Shown piece after piece: positions 54,325 to 62,959 of a DNA stretch of 64,000 nucleotides. The position numbers and the translations under genes are program-made. Position 1 is the stretch's first letter. Each line of letters opens with the position of its first letter. The notes beneath the pieces were generated by a model, which saw nothing but the letters and a program-made list of their open reading frames with translations, did not search any database and was not told the DNA's origin. Source of the DNA: Eubacteriales bacterium (GTDB taxonomy: Bacteria > Bacillota > Clostridia > Oscillospirales > CAG-272); assembly GCA_045128515.1 (NCBI GenBank), contig JBGVRO010000029.1, positions 25,585 to 89,584 of the forward strand, given 5' to 3'.

Positions 54325-56697
54325 ATGAGCAAAATATATATTAACAACGATTGGCTTTTTGCCACAAATTTTAAAGAGGAATATATTTTCGGAAATATTG
54401 ATGAAGGAATGACCCGGGCGAGAATTCCTCACACAACTAAGGAGCTTCCGTTCAATTATTTTTCCGAGGAAGAATATCAAATGCTTTGTACTTACCGAAA
54501 GGTGATTTTTGCGCCTTCGGAATGGTCGAATAAACGAGTTGTTCTTACCTTTGACGGTGCCGCACACTATGCCGAGGTGTTCCTTAACGGTGAAAAAATC
54601 GGGGAGCATTACTCGGGCTACACCGCTTTTTCACTTGAACTTTCGGACAAACTTAAATTTGATGAAGAAAATATTCTTGTTGTAAAGCTCGATTGTAGAG
54701 AAAATTTGAATACTCCTCCCTTTGGTAACGTAATCGACTATATGACATATGGTGGAATATATCGTGACGTTTATCTTGACATCAAAGAAAATTGCTATAT
54801 TTCTGACGTTTTTGTAAAACCCGAAATTACAGGCACGATAGTTAGTGATATTACGCTTAACGGTGGAATTCCTCGAGATGCAGTAATTAGACAAACAGCT
54901 GTTTTTGAGGGGTGTGAAAATGAATTTTTACTTGCAGAAAATGAAGTCGGCAAACAAGAATTTTCAATTAGCGGTTTCATTGAAAACCTAAAACTCTGGG
55001 ATATTGATCACCCCAACCGCTATTTAATACGCACAGAGCTTATTGCTGACGGTACTATTATAGACGTTCACGAGGTGAATGTTGGATTTAGAAAAGCAGA
55101 GTTTACTAAGGACGGATTCTTTTTAAACGGCAGACGTGTGCAGATCCGAGGTCTTAACCGTCACCAGAGCTATCCTTATGTTGGTTACGCAATGCCTGAA
55201 TCTGTGCAAAGAGATGACGCGCGCGTATTGAAGGGTCTGGGTGTTAATGCGGTAAGAACGTCACATTATCCCCAGTCGCAGTATTTTATTGACGAGTGCG
55301 ACAAACTTGGTTTGCTTGTGTTTACCGAAATTCCCGGTTGGCAGCATATCGGTGACAAGGATTGGCAAGATCAAGCCGTTAAAAACGTGGAAGAAATGGT
55401 TCTCCAATACAGAAACCACCCCTCCATTATTATCTGGGGAGTTCGTATTAACGAATCCCCTGACAATCACGATTTTTACGTTCGCACCAATGAGACAGCT
55501 CACAGACTTGATCCCACAAGACAAACGGGCGGTGTTCGTAACTTTAGTAGGAGTGAGCTTTTAGAGGACGTTTATACGTATAACGACTTTTTCCATGACG
55601 GAAAGAAGGCAGGATGTGAGCCTAAGGCAGATATCACCTCAAATATGGACAAGCCTTATTTGATAACCGAAAATAACGGTCATATGTTCCCAACCAAGAG
55701 CTTTGACAATGAGGACCGTAGGCTTGAGCAGGCGCTTCGTCACGCGAGAGTGATCAATGACGTTGCATCTCACTCTGATATTTGCGGTAGCTTTGCTTGG
55801 TGTATGGCTGACTATAACACCCACAGGGATTTTGGCAGTGGTGACAGAATTTGTTATCACGGAGTTACGGATATGTTCCGTAATCATAAAACGGCTGCTT
55901 CGGTTTATAAGGCACAGGGAAGTTATGAAGATGTACTTGAGATCAGCTCGTCTATGGATATTGGTGAGCATCCCGCATCGATTAACGGAAAAGTATGGAT
56001 ATTTACTAATGCAGATAGCGTTAGAATGTATAAGAACGGTAGCTTTGTCAAAGAATATAAACCTCACAACAAGCATTTTCCAAGTATGGTAAAGTCACCG
56101 ATATTGATTGACGATTACGTCGGAAAGCTGCTTGAAACAGAAGAAAAAATGCCACCCGAAAAAGCGAGATACATTGCTAAGGCGGTTAACTTCATCGCAC
56201 TTTACGGATACCCAAACATCACTCCTATGCCCACAAAAATGGCACATAAATGCCTGACAGTTTACGATACGACCGTCGATCAAATCGTCAATTTGTACGC
56301 GAAATACGTTGGCAATTTGGGTAGTCAGGGCACAGTTTACCGTTTTGATGCAATAAAAAATGGCAAGATAGTAAAAACTGTTACTAAAACTCAAATGAAC
56401 CGTTTAGGCCTTGAAATCAATGTATCACATACCAATCTTCATGAGGGAACTTCTTATGACGTAGCTGTTGTAAGAATTCGCGCAGTTGATGAAAACGGCA
56501 ACCTTCTTTCGTATAGTAATGAAGCGATTAAATTAACTGCGGAAGGTCCGATAGAATTAATTGGTCCCGATATGTTCTCTCTTCGTGGAGGAATGTTAGG
56601 CTTCTACGTTAAAACTACGGGCGAAAAAGGAGAGGCAAATGTTAAAATTTCTTGTCCGAGACTTGAAGATGAAGTTATTGAATTTGAGATAAATTAA
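54325..56697 (+). CDS. GH2 beta-galactosidase-type glycoside hydrolase
   Basis: FDGAAHYAEVFLNGEKIGEHYSGYTAF; NAVRTSHYPQSQYFIDECDKLGLLVFTEIPGW; NHPSIIIWGVRINES. Confidence 0.85.
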   Translation: MSKIYINNDWLFATNFKEEYIFGNIDEGMTRARIPHTTKELPFNYFSEEEYQMLCTYRKVIFAPSEWSNKRVVLTFDGAAHYAEVFLNGEKIGEHYSGYTAFSLELSDKLKFDEENILVVKLDCRENLNTPPFGNVIDYMTYGGIYRDVYLDIKENCYISDVFVKPEITGTIVSDITLNGGIPRDAVIRQTAVFEGCENEFLLAENEVGKQEFSISGFIENLKLWDIDHPNRYLIRTELIADGTIIDVHEVNVGFRKAEFTKDGFFLNGRRVQIRGLNRHQSYPYVGYAMPESVQRDDARVLKGLGVNAVRTSHYPQSQYFIDECDKLGLLVFTEIPGWQHIGDKDWQDQAVKNVEEMVLQYRNHPSIIIWGVRINESPDNHDFYVRTNETAHRLDPTRQTGGVRNFSRSELLEDVYTYNDFFHDGKKAGCEPKADITSNMDKPYLITENNGHMFPTKSFDNEDRRLEQALRHARVINDVASHSDICGSFAWCMADYNTHRDFGSGDRICYHGVTDMFRNHKTAASVYKAQGSYEDVLEISSSMDIGEHPASINGKVWIFTNADSVRMYKNGSFVKEYKPHNKHFPSMVKSPILIDDYVGKLLETEEKMPPEKARYIAKAVNFIALYGYPNITPMPTKMAHKCLTVYDTTVDQIVNLYAKYVGNLGSQGTVYRFDAIKNGKIVKTVTKTQMNRLGLEINVSHTNLHEGTSYDVAVVRIRAVDENGNLLSYSNEAIKLTAEGPIELIGPDMFSLRGGMLGFYVKTTGEKGEANVKISCPRLEDEVIEFEIN

Positions 56698-56710
56698 TTT
56701 TCTAAAAATG

Positions 56711-56750
56711 AAAAAATCCGTCGAAAAATCGACGGATTTCTTCATTTTTG
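56711..56750. terminator. bidirectional terminator between convergent GH2 and GH78 genes
   Basis: AAATCCGTCGA aaaa TCGACGGATTT, with A and T runs on both sides. Confidence 0.85.
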
Positions 56751-56768
56751 TGTGGTTTTTTACAAAAA

Positions 56769-59018
56769 TTATTCAACGAATACGTAGTTACCTGAGCCGA
56801 TGGTTTTGGTGAATCCTTCGGGCAGAGTGATATGGGCGGTAACACCTTCGGGAATCTCGAACTCGTAGTGCACGGTATCTCCTTCATAATACCAATGCGA
56901 GGTTATCTTACCCGAGCGAGACTCGATAGATGCTTTAGCGAAGCCGAGCTCACGGCAGGGATGAGGAGTAATAGTGACCTCACGGTAACCGGGAGCCGAT
57001 TCAACGGGAGTGATACCAAGCGTGGTAGAAAATATCCAATCGTAAACTGCACCGTAAGCATAATGGTTAAAGGAGTTCATTTCGTCACTCCAAAAGCTAC
57101 CGTCTTCTTTAATGCTATTCCAATGCTCCCACATGGTGGTGGCACCGTGAGTTACGGAATAGAGCCAAGAGGGATTCTGCTCCTGGAAGAGAAGCTTGTA
57201 CGCAAGGTCGGTTCTGCCTGCGGCAGTAAGAACGTGGAGTATGTAAGGTGTGCCAACGAAGCCGGTGGTCATTCTGTTACCGTTTTTTTCGATCATTTCA
57301 CAGAGCTTATCCTCAAGCGCACATTTCTCGTTTTTCTCATAAAGACCAAAGTTGAGAATAAGGACGAGAGCAGTTTGCGTCATACCCCGACGCACGGTAT
57401 CTATTACGGAGTAGCCGGGGAGTGTTACCTCGGTGAGAGGGAATTCTGCTTTGGGCATACCGTCTTCCATAAAATATTCTCTGAATGCTGTGCGAACATT
57501 CTTGTATAACTCACGGTATTTTGTCATATCTTCACCGAGAACTTCGCCAGCTTTTATAAGAAGGCTCGTTGAGTGTGCAAAGAACGCGCTTGCAATAAGG
57601 TCGTTTGCGGTTGCGCCTACAAGGCTGTCAGCGCCGGCATCCATAGCAAGCCAGTCACCGTAATGCATGCCGCCAAGCCAGAGATATTCTTCGCTTCCTG
57701 CGGAGTGCATATATTCAACCCATTTTTTCATCATAGGGAAGTGCTTTCTGAGCAATGCCTTGTTTCCGTACGAAAGGTAAAGCTCCCACGGAATAATACA
57801 CGAAGCATCGCCCCAAGCGGCAGAAACACGGGTAACACCATGCTTGCGAGCGCGAGGAACAACACCAACAACAGCACCGTCTTCGCCCTGCTCGATGGCA
57901 ACGTCGGTAAGCCATTTAGTGAAGAATTTCTCGGTATCGTAGTTTATAGATGCAGTGCGGCAGAACACCTGCGCGTCACCTGTCCAGCCGAGACGCTCGT
58001 CACGCTGAGGACAATCGGTGGGAATATCAAGGAAGTTGCTCTTCTGACCCCAGATGATGTTATGGTAAAGCTGATTTATCTTTTCGTTACCGCAGGCAAA
58101 TCTGCCTGTGCGCTTTATATCCGAATGAACGGTGATAGCCTTGAAATTCTTTTTGTCAATGAGATATTCGGGACATTCAACGAGATGAACGTAGCGGAAT
58201 CCCTGGAAGGAGTAGGTAGGCTTGAACAGGTCGTTATTTCCCGAGAGAACGTATATGTTTTCGTTCTTTGCAGATCTCATATTGCCGTTGTAGAAGTTGC
58301 CTTCCTTATCGAGCACCTCACCGTGATGCAAAACGATACGCTCGCCACGCTTACCCTTAACGGTTACCTCGACGTATCCGGTCATATTCTGACCGAAGTC
58401 AATAACGTATTCACCCTTTGGGGTCTTGATAATTTTGGCTGCGTTAAGCTTGTCTATTTCCTTTATCCACTCACCGTCTTGAGGCACGAGGGTGGTATTA
58501 ACGGTAGTTTCAATAGCAGCACCGAGGCTCTTTATCTCTGCGGTGAGGTCAACTGTTTCACCGTGGTAAATATCGGAGGAGGTGACTTGTGTTGTGAATA
58601 CCTCAAAGCTTGAGTCAGTGAGTATATCCTCTTCACAGCCGTCCTGATATACGATATTAAGTCTTGCAATAAGAGCTATCTCGTCGAAGTACAGCTGACG
58701 CTCGCGCGAATATCCATAGTGGCCTACTGCCCATCCGGGACCAACACCAAAGGAAAGCTCGTTGCTTTCGGAAATAAACTCGGTAACGTCGTATTCCTGA
58801 TATAAAATTCTCGTCTTGTAGCTCGTAATACCCGGCATAAGCACGGCGTCTGTTATTTTTTTGCCGTTAATCTTGGGACAGTAAATTCCTGCCGCTGATA
58901 CGTAAAGCGTTGCTGATTTTACTTTATTTTTTATGGAAAAGTCCCTTCTGAATTCGGCTGTCGCCATTTTCATATCGATCGGTGACTTTATCCATTTAGC
59001 ATTGGTTAACATAAGCAT
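56769..59018 (-). CDS. GH78 alpha-L-rhamnosidase
   Basis: DCPQRDERLGWTGDAQVF signature, 749 aa. Confidence 0.9.
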   Translation of the reverse strand: MLMLTNAKWIKSPIDMKMATAEFRRDFSIKNKVKSATLYVSAAGIYCPKINGKKITDAVLMPGITSYKTRILYQEYDVTEFISESNELSFGVGPGWAVGHYGYSRERQLYFDEIALIARLNIVYQDGCEEDILTDSSFEVFTTQVTSSDIYHGETVDLTAEIKSLGAAIETTVNTTLVPQDGEWIKEIDKLNAAKIIKTPKGEYVIDFGQNMTGYVEVTVKGKRGERIVLHHGEVLDKEGNFYNGNMRSAKNENIYVLSGNNDLFKPTYSFQGFRYVHLVECPEYLIDKKNFKAITVHSDIKRTGRFACGNEKINQLYHNIIWGQKSNFLDIPTDCPQRDERLGWTGDAQVFCRTASINYDTEKFFTKWLTDVAIEQGEDGAVVGVVPRARKHGVTRVSAAWGDASCIIPWELYLSYGNKALLRKHFPMMKKWVEYMHSAGSEEYLWLGGMHYGDWLAMDAGADSLVGATANDLIASAFFAHSTSLLIKAGEVLGEDMTKYRELYKNVRTAFREYFMEDGMPKAEFPLTEVTLPGYSVIDTVRRGMTQTALVLILNFGLYEKNEKCALEDKLCEMIEKNGNRMTTGFVGTPYILHVLTAAGRTDLAYKLLFQEQNPSWLYSVTHGATTMWEHWNSIKEDGSFWSDEMNSFNHYAYGAVYDWIFSTTLGITPVESAPGYREVTITPHPCRELGFAKASIESRSGKITSHWYYEGDTVHYEFEIPEGVTAHITLPEGFTKTIGSGNYVFVE

Positions 59019-59048
59019 CTCCTATGGAGTTTAGTTTTCTTAAGTATA

Positions 59049-60161
59049 TTACTGCTTTAAATACACCGTATATTCCTGTAATTTATCTTTTTTGTTGTAT
59101 AATTCATGCTTTCCGGTGTTCCTGATATGGAAAACTACGCGATCCGAATAGAGTTCAAATACTAAGAACTGGGCAATGAGCGGTGTGCCGGTATGGGGAT
59201 AAAGCCTCTTTTCTGTTAATCCACCGTAGCCTTCGATTGCATCGTTCTCGAAATGCTCCTCCCAAAACGGTCGGAGTCCACCCATGTGTACTAAGGAATA
59301 AGCATATTCCTTACCCAAAGAATTTTTAGATTTAAGATTTGCGTCAAGAGGCATATTATTGTTATCAAGATGCAAAACAGCTCCCGAAGAATAATCTCTA
59401 AAGCAAGCTCTCTCACCATGCAGGTGACCGTATAGATAAAATGTATTTTGATGTCCCTTAAAAATACTGTAAAACAGGTCTCTGTCTCCATTTATCATAG
59501 TTTCGAGTAGTTCGCCGTCATTTAAATAATATATTGCCGATAAATGTCCTACAACGAAAACACATTTTCTGCCGTCGGGGTCGATCTCGTCAAGCTTTTT
59601 CTTGACCCAGATCATAGTTTCGTCACTATAATATCCTTCGTGAGAATTAAATGCGGTATCGGGATGTATATTGATTCCAATAAAATCGATGCCGTTTACA
59701 ACATAATGAAAAGCACCTAAATAATGCTCGTTCGGCTTTTCTTTCGAGAATACCTCAAATTTCTCACTCTCGGGAAGCTCGCCAAAGGCATTGTCCATTT
59801 GATCGTAACACTCTGTGGTGTTATAAGGCTCGTTTTCCTCGGTTCCGATGTCACCCAATATCATATCGTTGTTTCCTGCAACGTATATGACCTTACCGTC
59901 CTTTACACTTTCTGAAATGCATTTGTGAATCTTTTCTTTAATGTCAAGGAAATTCTTCTTTGGCAGACGGCACGACATATTCCAATGAGGGTAGTCGGAT
60001 ACGTTATCGCCGCCGACAATGGCAACGTCTGCGAGCCCAAACTCTTCGATTGCAAGATCCTTTGCTTGTATAACAGATTTTCTAAGTGTTGTTGGATAAT
60101 CCAACATCGATTGCTGGTTATGAATATCCGTGTAGCAAAAGCAAGTCAGTATTTTTTTCAT
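59049..60161 (-). CDS. metallophosphoesterase (calcineurin-like)
   Basis: GDNVSDYP, VAGNNDM, VVGHLS and GHLHGE motifs. Confidence 0.8.
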   Translation of the reverse strand: MKKILTCFCYTDIHNQQSMLDYPTTLRKSVIQAKDLAIEEFGLADVAIVGGDNVSDYPHWNMSCRLPKKNFLDIKEKIHKCISESVKDGKVIYVAGNNDMILGDIGTEENEPYNTTECYDQMDNAFGELPESEKFEVFSKEKPNEHYLGAFHYVVNGIDFIGINIHPDTAFNSHEGYYSDETMIWVKKKLDEIDPDGRKCVFVVGHLSAIYYLNDGELLETMINGDRDLFYSIFKGHQNTFYLYGHLHGERACFRDYSSGAVLHLDNNNMPLDANLKSKNSLGKEYAYSLVHMGGLRPFWEEHFENDAIEGYGGLTEKRLYPHTGTPLIAQFLVFELYSDRVVFHIRNTGKHELYNKKDKLQEYTVYLKQ

Positions 60162-60405
60162 TGAAATGCGTACCTACCTTTCAGCATTTTCTAATCCAAT
60201 TTTAACATATTTTGTGATTCTTTTCAATAGTTTGAAAAATAAAAGTGATGCTTTATACGCGTTATTTTAGCTATAACATTTTGATATAAAAAACAAGGCA
60301 CAAACACCCTCGTTTTTGCAGATGCTGAATGTAATCTACTTGACAAATATATTAGATAAAGGTATAATTGTGTTAGATTGAAACAGCTATTTCAAGGAGA
60401 TCAAA

Positions 60406-61644
60406 ATGGATAATAACGAAAAAAACGGACGTAATATTTTGAACCCAACGGATACAGAGAATGAGTGCGTTAATGCAGTTTTTAAAGATGAAACCTTCAG
60501 CATAGTTGATTGCGGAGATGAAAGCCGTATGATACATATATCAGACGCAACGGCAGACGATTTCAACGATTATTGCAACAAAGTGGCAGAGAAGGGGGGG
60601 GCTTTGATTTTCAAGAGAAGCGTAGCAAACAATCTCTTTGCTACCTTTATGAATGAAAGTGAATATATTTACGTTTATTTTACCGATTACAATAAGCAAA
60701 TGCGCATTATGACAGGACCTGCTCAGTCGTTGCTTCTCGGTGATTACAGTGTTTGTACGGGTAAAGAAGTAACTCCTTACATTGCCTCCGTTCCTCAGCC
60801 TGAAATGGGAGAGGGCTACATCGTTAGGTTGCCTGACGGCAGATTCATCATTCAAGATGGCGGATACGAGGGCGATGACCGTGTTTACAACACCTTGAGA
60901 GAGCTTGTCGGAGATGAGGAGGTCATAATTGCCGCCTGGTTCATCAGTCATCCTCACGCAGATCACTATCCTGCATTTACCGATTTTATCAAAAACCACT
61001 CCTCAGACAGTGATGTAACAGTGGAAAGAGTTATCCATAATTACGGCCACATTGATATGCTCACGACCAGTGCAGAGTATGTTGATCCTATACCGGTAGC
61101 TGATGTACTTGCATTTTATGAGACGTTAGAGAAGTATGCGCCGAATATTCCTGTTTTCAAGGCGCATACAGGACAGCTTATATCCTTCGGATCTGCAACT
61201 GTGGAAATTCTTTATACTGTGGAAGATATTATTCCTGAACCTATAACAAATCCCAACGATTCTTCAATGGTTATCAGAATAAAAATCGGAGGGGATTCGC
61301 TGATCTTCCTCAACGATACCTGTTATGCATCGGGACCTATTATTCACGATCTCTGGGGAGCGTATTTAAAGACCGACATCGTTCAAATAGCACATCACGG
61401 AATGTGGCCTTCGGTTGAGAGCATTTATCACGATATTGCGGGTGAAGTTGTTCTTATTCCTAACCTTTGCAAATATTTCAAAGAGTATATTACCGATTCA
61501 AGATGGGTTGGTGTTATTGATGTGGCTCTCAGCTATGCAAAGGACCTTTATGTTTCTGGCGATAAGCTTATGGTACATAAGCTTCCTTATGTGTTTGAAA
61601 ATAATAAGGAAGAAATGTACGATTATATAATTATTCAGGACTAG
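60406..61644 (+). CDS. MBL-fold metallo-hydrolase
   Basis: WFISHPHADHY (HxHxDH) and a later HHG. Confidence 0.75.
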   Translation: MDNNEKNGRNILNPTDTENECVNAVFKDETFSIVDCGDESRMIHISDATADDFNDYCNKVAEKGGALIFKRSVANNLFATFMNESEYIYVYFTDYNKQMRIMTGPAQSLLLGDYSVCTGKEVTPYIASVPQPEMGEGYIVRLPDGRFIIQDGGYEGDDRVYNTLRELVGDEEVIIAAWFISHPHADHYPAFTDFIKNHSSDSDVTVERVIHNYGHIDMLTTSAEYVDPIPVADVLAFYETLEKYAPNIPVFKAHTGQLISFGSATVEILYTVEDIIPEPITNPNDSSMVIRIKIGGDSLIFLNDTCYASGPIIHDLWGAYLKTDIVQIAHHGMWPSVESIYHDIAGEVVLIPNLCKYFKEYITDSRWVGVIDVALSYAKDLYVSGDKLMVHKLPYVFENNKEEMYDYIIIQD

Positions 61645-61651
61645 AGGAATA

Positions 61652-61825
61652 CACCGGATTTGACGATTACGATATGAAGGATGGCTTCGTTCAGTAGATC
61701 GGCGCACCTCAGGAGCTTTACGATTATCCTATCAAACATTTGCTGTAGGATTTATCGGAACTCCTCAAATGAACTTCTTTGACGGTAGATTCACACCTGA
61801 TGGCGTAATTACATTCAAAAAATAA
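61652..61825 (+). pseudogene. relic of an MsmX/MalK/UgpC-type sugar ABC ATPase gene
   Basis: Reads ..DMKDGFVQ*IGAPQELYDYPIKHLL, then after a frameshift VGFIGTPQMNFFDGRFTPDGVITFKK*. In-frame TAG at 61695 and frame change near 61745. The Walker region and the regulatory domain are both missing. Confidence 0.75.
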
Positions 61826-61855
61826 GACCAATCCTTAGTTCGGATTGGTCTTATT
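61821..61855 (+). terminator. hairpin with the same stem as 26018-26051
   Basis: AATAAGACCAATCC ttagttc GGATTGGTCTTATT followed by TGG. Confidence 0.6.
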
Positions 61856-61973
61856 TGGTACGAGTGTTCATAACAGACCTAATATTACGGCATAGTGCCG
61901 AGGTGGTCGAAACATATTCCCAAAGTACTGAAAATGCTTGTGTTTACAAGGAATTTTGTAACACGAAAGGAAT

Positions 61974-62351
61974 ATGATTATGGAAAAGTACATCACTCAA
62001 AACAGCATTAAATACGAGCTTCGCGGAGAGCAATACTACCCGATGCTTGAAATCTCCGAGCAGAAAGAACACAAAATCGGCAAATACGGACTTCTTCACC
62101 TCGACTACATCAAGCAGCACCGCAAAGGCAGATACACCTCTCTCTTGACCAAGGGCAAATTAAACTCCTACCTTCACGAAATCGACGTACAAGCCAATTC
62201 GATGGTTGAAGCCATAGTTGCTAACCTTGCCCGCGAACGCGGCATAGACGAAGAATTAAAGGCTTCTGATCCCCTCAAATGGGTTGCTGAGATGAACAAC
62301 ATCAAGGCGAGCGCCGAAGAGATCGTTTTGCGGGAGGTGATCTATCAATGA
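61974..62351 (+). CDS. tnpV: transposon-encoded protein TnpV
   Basis: IGKYGLLHLDYIKQHRKGRYTSLLTKGKLNSYLHEIDVQA...EELKASDPLKWVAEMNNIKASAEEIVLREVIY matches the TnpV pattern of Tn4451-like elements as I remember it. Confidence 0.8.
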   Translation: MIMEKYITQNSIKYELRGEQYYPMLEISEQKEHKIGKYGLLHLDYIKQHRKGRYTSLLTKGKLNSYLHEIDVQANSMVEAIVANLARERGIDEELKASDPLKWVAEMNNIKASAEEIVLREVIYQ

Positions 62352-62614
62352 AGTCGATTATCAATGAGCTTTGGCACGGAAACATCATACCGCAAGAGGA
62401 TAGCAGGACGAACTCAAAGGAAATGAAAGAACTTCTTGGCTATATGTCACGCCACCACGAGGACTTGGAGAAAAGCTTTACCGATGAGCAGAAAGAAACC
62501 TTCGAGAAGTTCCATGACTGTTGGAGCGAGTATATGAGCTTGGCTGAAGCATCAATCTTTGAATATGCTTTCAAACTCGGTATGCAGATCGCTATTGAAA
62601 CATTAACCGAATAA
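62348..62614 (+). CDS. DUF6809-like small protein (usual partner of TnpV)
   Basis: ATGA overlap with tnpV. ELWHGNIIPQED...EKFHDCWSEYMSLAEASIFEYAFKLGMQIAIE. Confidence 0.7.
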   Translation: MKSIINELWHGNIIPQEDSRTNSKEMKELLGYMSRHHEDLEKSFTDEQKETFEKFHDCWSEYMSLAEASIFEYAFKLGMQIAIETLTE

Positions 62615-62702
62615 TCCACTGCGGCGGGAGAAATCTCGCCGCTTTAAAGTTACTTTGTAACCGATATATCGGTGAAAAAAGCCTAAATATCGTAAAAAGC
62701 AC

Positions 62703-62731
62703 TTGAAATATCGGTCAATTCGTGTTATAAT
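62703..62731 (+). promoter_or_regulatory. sigma-A promoter embedded in ATATCGG operator-like repeats
   Basis: TTGAAA (62703-62708), 17 nt, TATAAT (62726-62731). Palindrome ACCGATATATCGGT at about 62659-62673, plus AAATATCGT and AAATATCGGT copies. Confidence 0.65.
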
Positions 62732-62761
62732 AAATCAATTACTATTATTGGCGAGGTTCTT

Positions 62762-62959
62762 ATGGTAAGTTATAACAAATTATGGAAGCTCATGATTGAC
62801 CTTAATATGAAGAAAAAAGAGCTAAAAGAATTAACCGGCATAGGTTCAACAACTCTAACCAAGTTGACCAACGATGAACCGGTTTCGATGGATGTAATGA
62901 TTAAAATCTGTGTTGCTTTGAAATGCAATATCGGCGATGTTATGGATGTGGTATTATGA
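62762..62959 (+). CDS. XRE-family HTH protein (R-M controller C-protein-like)
   Basis: 65 aa. MKKKELKELTGIGSTTLTKLTNDEPVSMDVMIKIC. The stop overlaps the methyltransferase start (ATGA). Confidence 0.8.
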   Translation: MVSYNKLWKLMIDLNMKKKELKELTGIGSTTLTKLTNDEPVSMDVMIKICVALKCNIGDVMDVVL

